From an uncultured Clostridia bacterium (GTDB lineage Bacteria; Bacillota; Clostridia; Christensenellales; UBA1242): a stretch of 64,000 bases of DNA. Made by a program: the position numbers and the translations under genes. Shown in pieces: positions 63,141 through 64,000 of this stretch (within the stretch, counting starts at the first letter, position 1; every line of letters begins with the position of its first letter). The stretch is taken from positions 43,657 through 107,656 of the forward strand of contig CAKVLQ010000003.1 in the NCBI GenBank assembly GCA_934757845.1, in the 5' to 3' direction. The notes below the pieces were generated by a model that made no database searches, was not told where the DNA came from, and was given only the letters and a program-made list of their open reading frames with translations.

Positions 63141-64000
63141 ATGTCAAATGTTCCAAATGTTAATTTTTTTATCGGATATGCTAAACCACAATCTAGAAAA
63201 GACGTAAGGAAAGGTGAAAATGTTGGAACTGAAAGGGATTTTTATAGTAGTAACCAAACAAGAGATTATGTTGAATATGTGAACAGCGGAAGCAAAGAGA
63301 AGATTGATTTTGTTGAGTATTCCGGTAACAAAGAGAAAAGTCATGGCATTTTCAATGCTGATGGACTTATGGAAAAAAGTGAAATAAAGGAATTACGAAA
63401 TGAACTCAAACAAACAAAAAGTGTCATTTGGCATGGGGTTATCTCTTTCACAGAAGAATTTGGTAACACATATTGCGACACAACCGAAAAGGCGATTGCT
63501 ATGATGAAAGTTGAAATGCCAAAGTTTTTTAGAAATGCAGGTTTTACACCAGAAAACATAAAATGGTTTGCTGGGTTACACGAAAATACGGATAATAAAC
63601 ACATACATTTCTCATTCTTTGAGAAGTCCCCGCAAAGAATTAAAATTGGCAGAACAACACCAATCTTTTCAGATGGTAACATACCTTTAAGAGCAATAAA
63701 TGATGTGAAATCTTCGATAGAAATTCGACTTTTGAAATTAGTAGATGATGTTTATTCAAATAGAAATCTTTTAACACATCAAATCAAAGAAAAAACACTG
63801 TTAGGAGACTATATGAAGCACATTAAATTACTTGTGGGTGTCGTTCCTATTAAAGGGAGGATTTCCTACGATAGCGAAAATATGAGAGTTTATCAACCAC
63901 AAATAAATAAAATCATAAGAGCAATCATCAAGTCTGATAAGGGAGTATATGAGAAATATCAAGAATTTGATAGGATACTGACCAAAAGAGATAATGAGTT
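63141..64000 (+). CDS. MOBP/MOBQ-type relaxase, 3' end off window (absent from ORF track)
   Basis: Translated by hand and open to the window end. LHENTDNKHIHFSF matches the relaxase histidine-triad motif (compare HTDTDNLHIH). The three minus-strand track ORFs here are antisense artefacts. Confidence 0.6.
   Translation, partial: MSNVPNVNFFIGYAKPQSRKDVRKGENVGTERDFYSSNQTRDYVEYVNSGSKEKIDFVEYSGNKEKSHGIFNADGLMEKSEIKELRNELKQTKSVIWHGVISFTEEFGNTYCDTTEKAIAMMKVEMPKFFRNAGFTPENIKWFAGLHENTDNKHIHFSFFEKSPQRIKIGRTTPIFSDGNIPLRAINDVKSSIEIRLLKLVDDVYSNRNLLTHQIKEKTLLGDYMKHIKLLVGVVPIKGRISYDSENMRVYQPQINKIIRAIIKSDKGVYEKYQEFDRILTKRDNE

Larger units (their letters stand above)
41041..64000. mobile_element. mobilizable/integrative element inserted in spoVAD (left junction only; right end off window)
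   Basis: spoVAD homology breaks at about 41,040-41,060. Cargo is a Y-polymerase/YolD pair, BREX, a LexA-like repressor and a relaxase. No recombinase is seen in the window. Confidence 0.55.

Noticed and set aside
63144-63682. Minus-strand ORFs 63144-63344 and 63341-63682
   Set aside because: The + strand frame from 63141 is open to the window end and carries a relaxase histidine-triad motif. The minus ORFs are antisense artefacts.

Overview
Strongly AT-rich chromosomal segment of a spore-forming Firmicute (Clostridia-like: spoIIAA-spoIIAB-sigF, spoVAC/spoVAD, ytfJ, dac). It is a host backbone interrupted by two mobile elements. (1) nt 1-13,550 is housekeeping: nrdD/nrdG, dut, rpsO, two tandem HExxHC paralogs, M50 protease, scpA/scpB, ytfI/ytfJ-like, D-Ala-D-Ala carboxypeptidase, rluB and a 4-tRNA operon (Pro, CAT, Asp, Phe). 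(2) nt 13,555-32,491 is an 18.9-kb integrative element in tRNA-Phe, bounded by a perfect 46-bp direct repeat. It carries a tyrosine integrase, arm-type repeats on both arms, an XRE switch, repeated cassettes of tiny paralogous genes and membrane/surface proteins. It also has a plasmid/ssDNA-virus-like module: a Zot-like ATPase, two tandem type-II hammerhead ribozyme motifs, a circovirus/nanovirus-type (CRESS) HUH-SF3 Rep whose stem-loop origin carries TAGTATTAC plus iterons, and PcfK/PcfJ-like genes. (3) nt 32.5-41 kb is host again: degV, an ABC-F gene with leader-peptide attenuator, the sigF operon, an N-rich lipoprotein and spoVAC. (4) spoVAD loses homology at about nt 41,040, where a second mobile element starts and runs off the window. 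It carries a Y-family polymerase with a YolD-like gene, XRE, a SLOG/DUF1273 protein, BrxR and a complete type I BREX operon (brxA-brxB-brxC-pglX-pglZ-brxL). The operon has an extra 286-aa Rx4H (HEPN-like) gene wedged between pglX and pglZ and an HNH gene abutting brxL. Two tiny D/E-rich ORFs, a LexA-like repressor, HTH/sigma-like regulators and a MOBP/Q-type relaxase follow. No rRNA, CRISPR array or tailed-phage structural genes were seen. All calls come from reading motifs, synteny and repeats by eye; no database search was possible.
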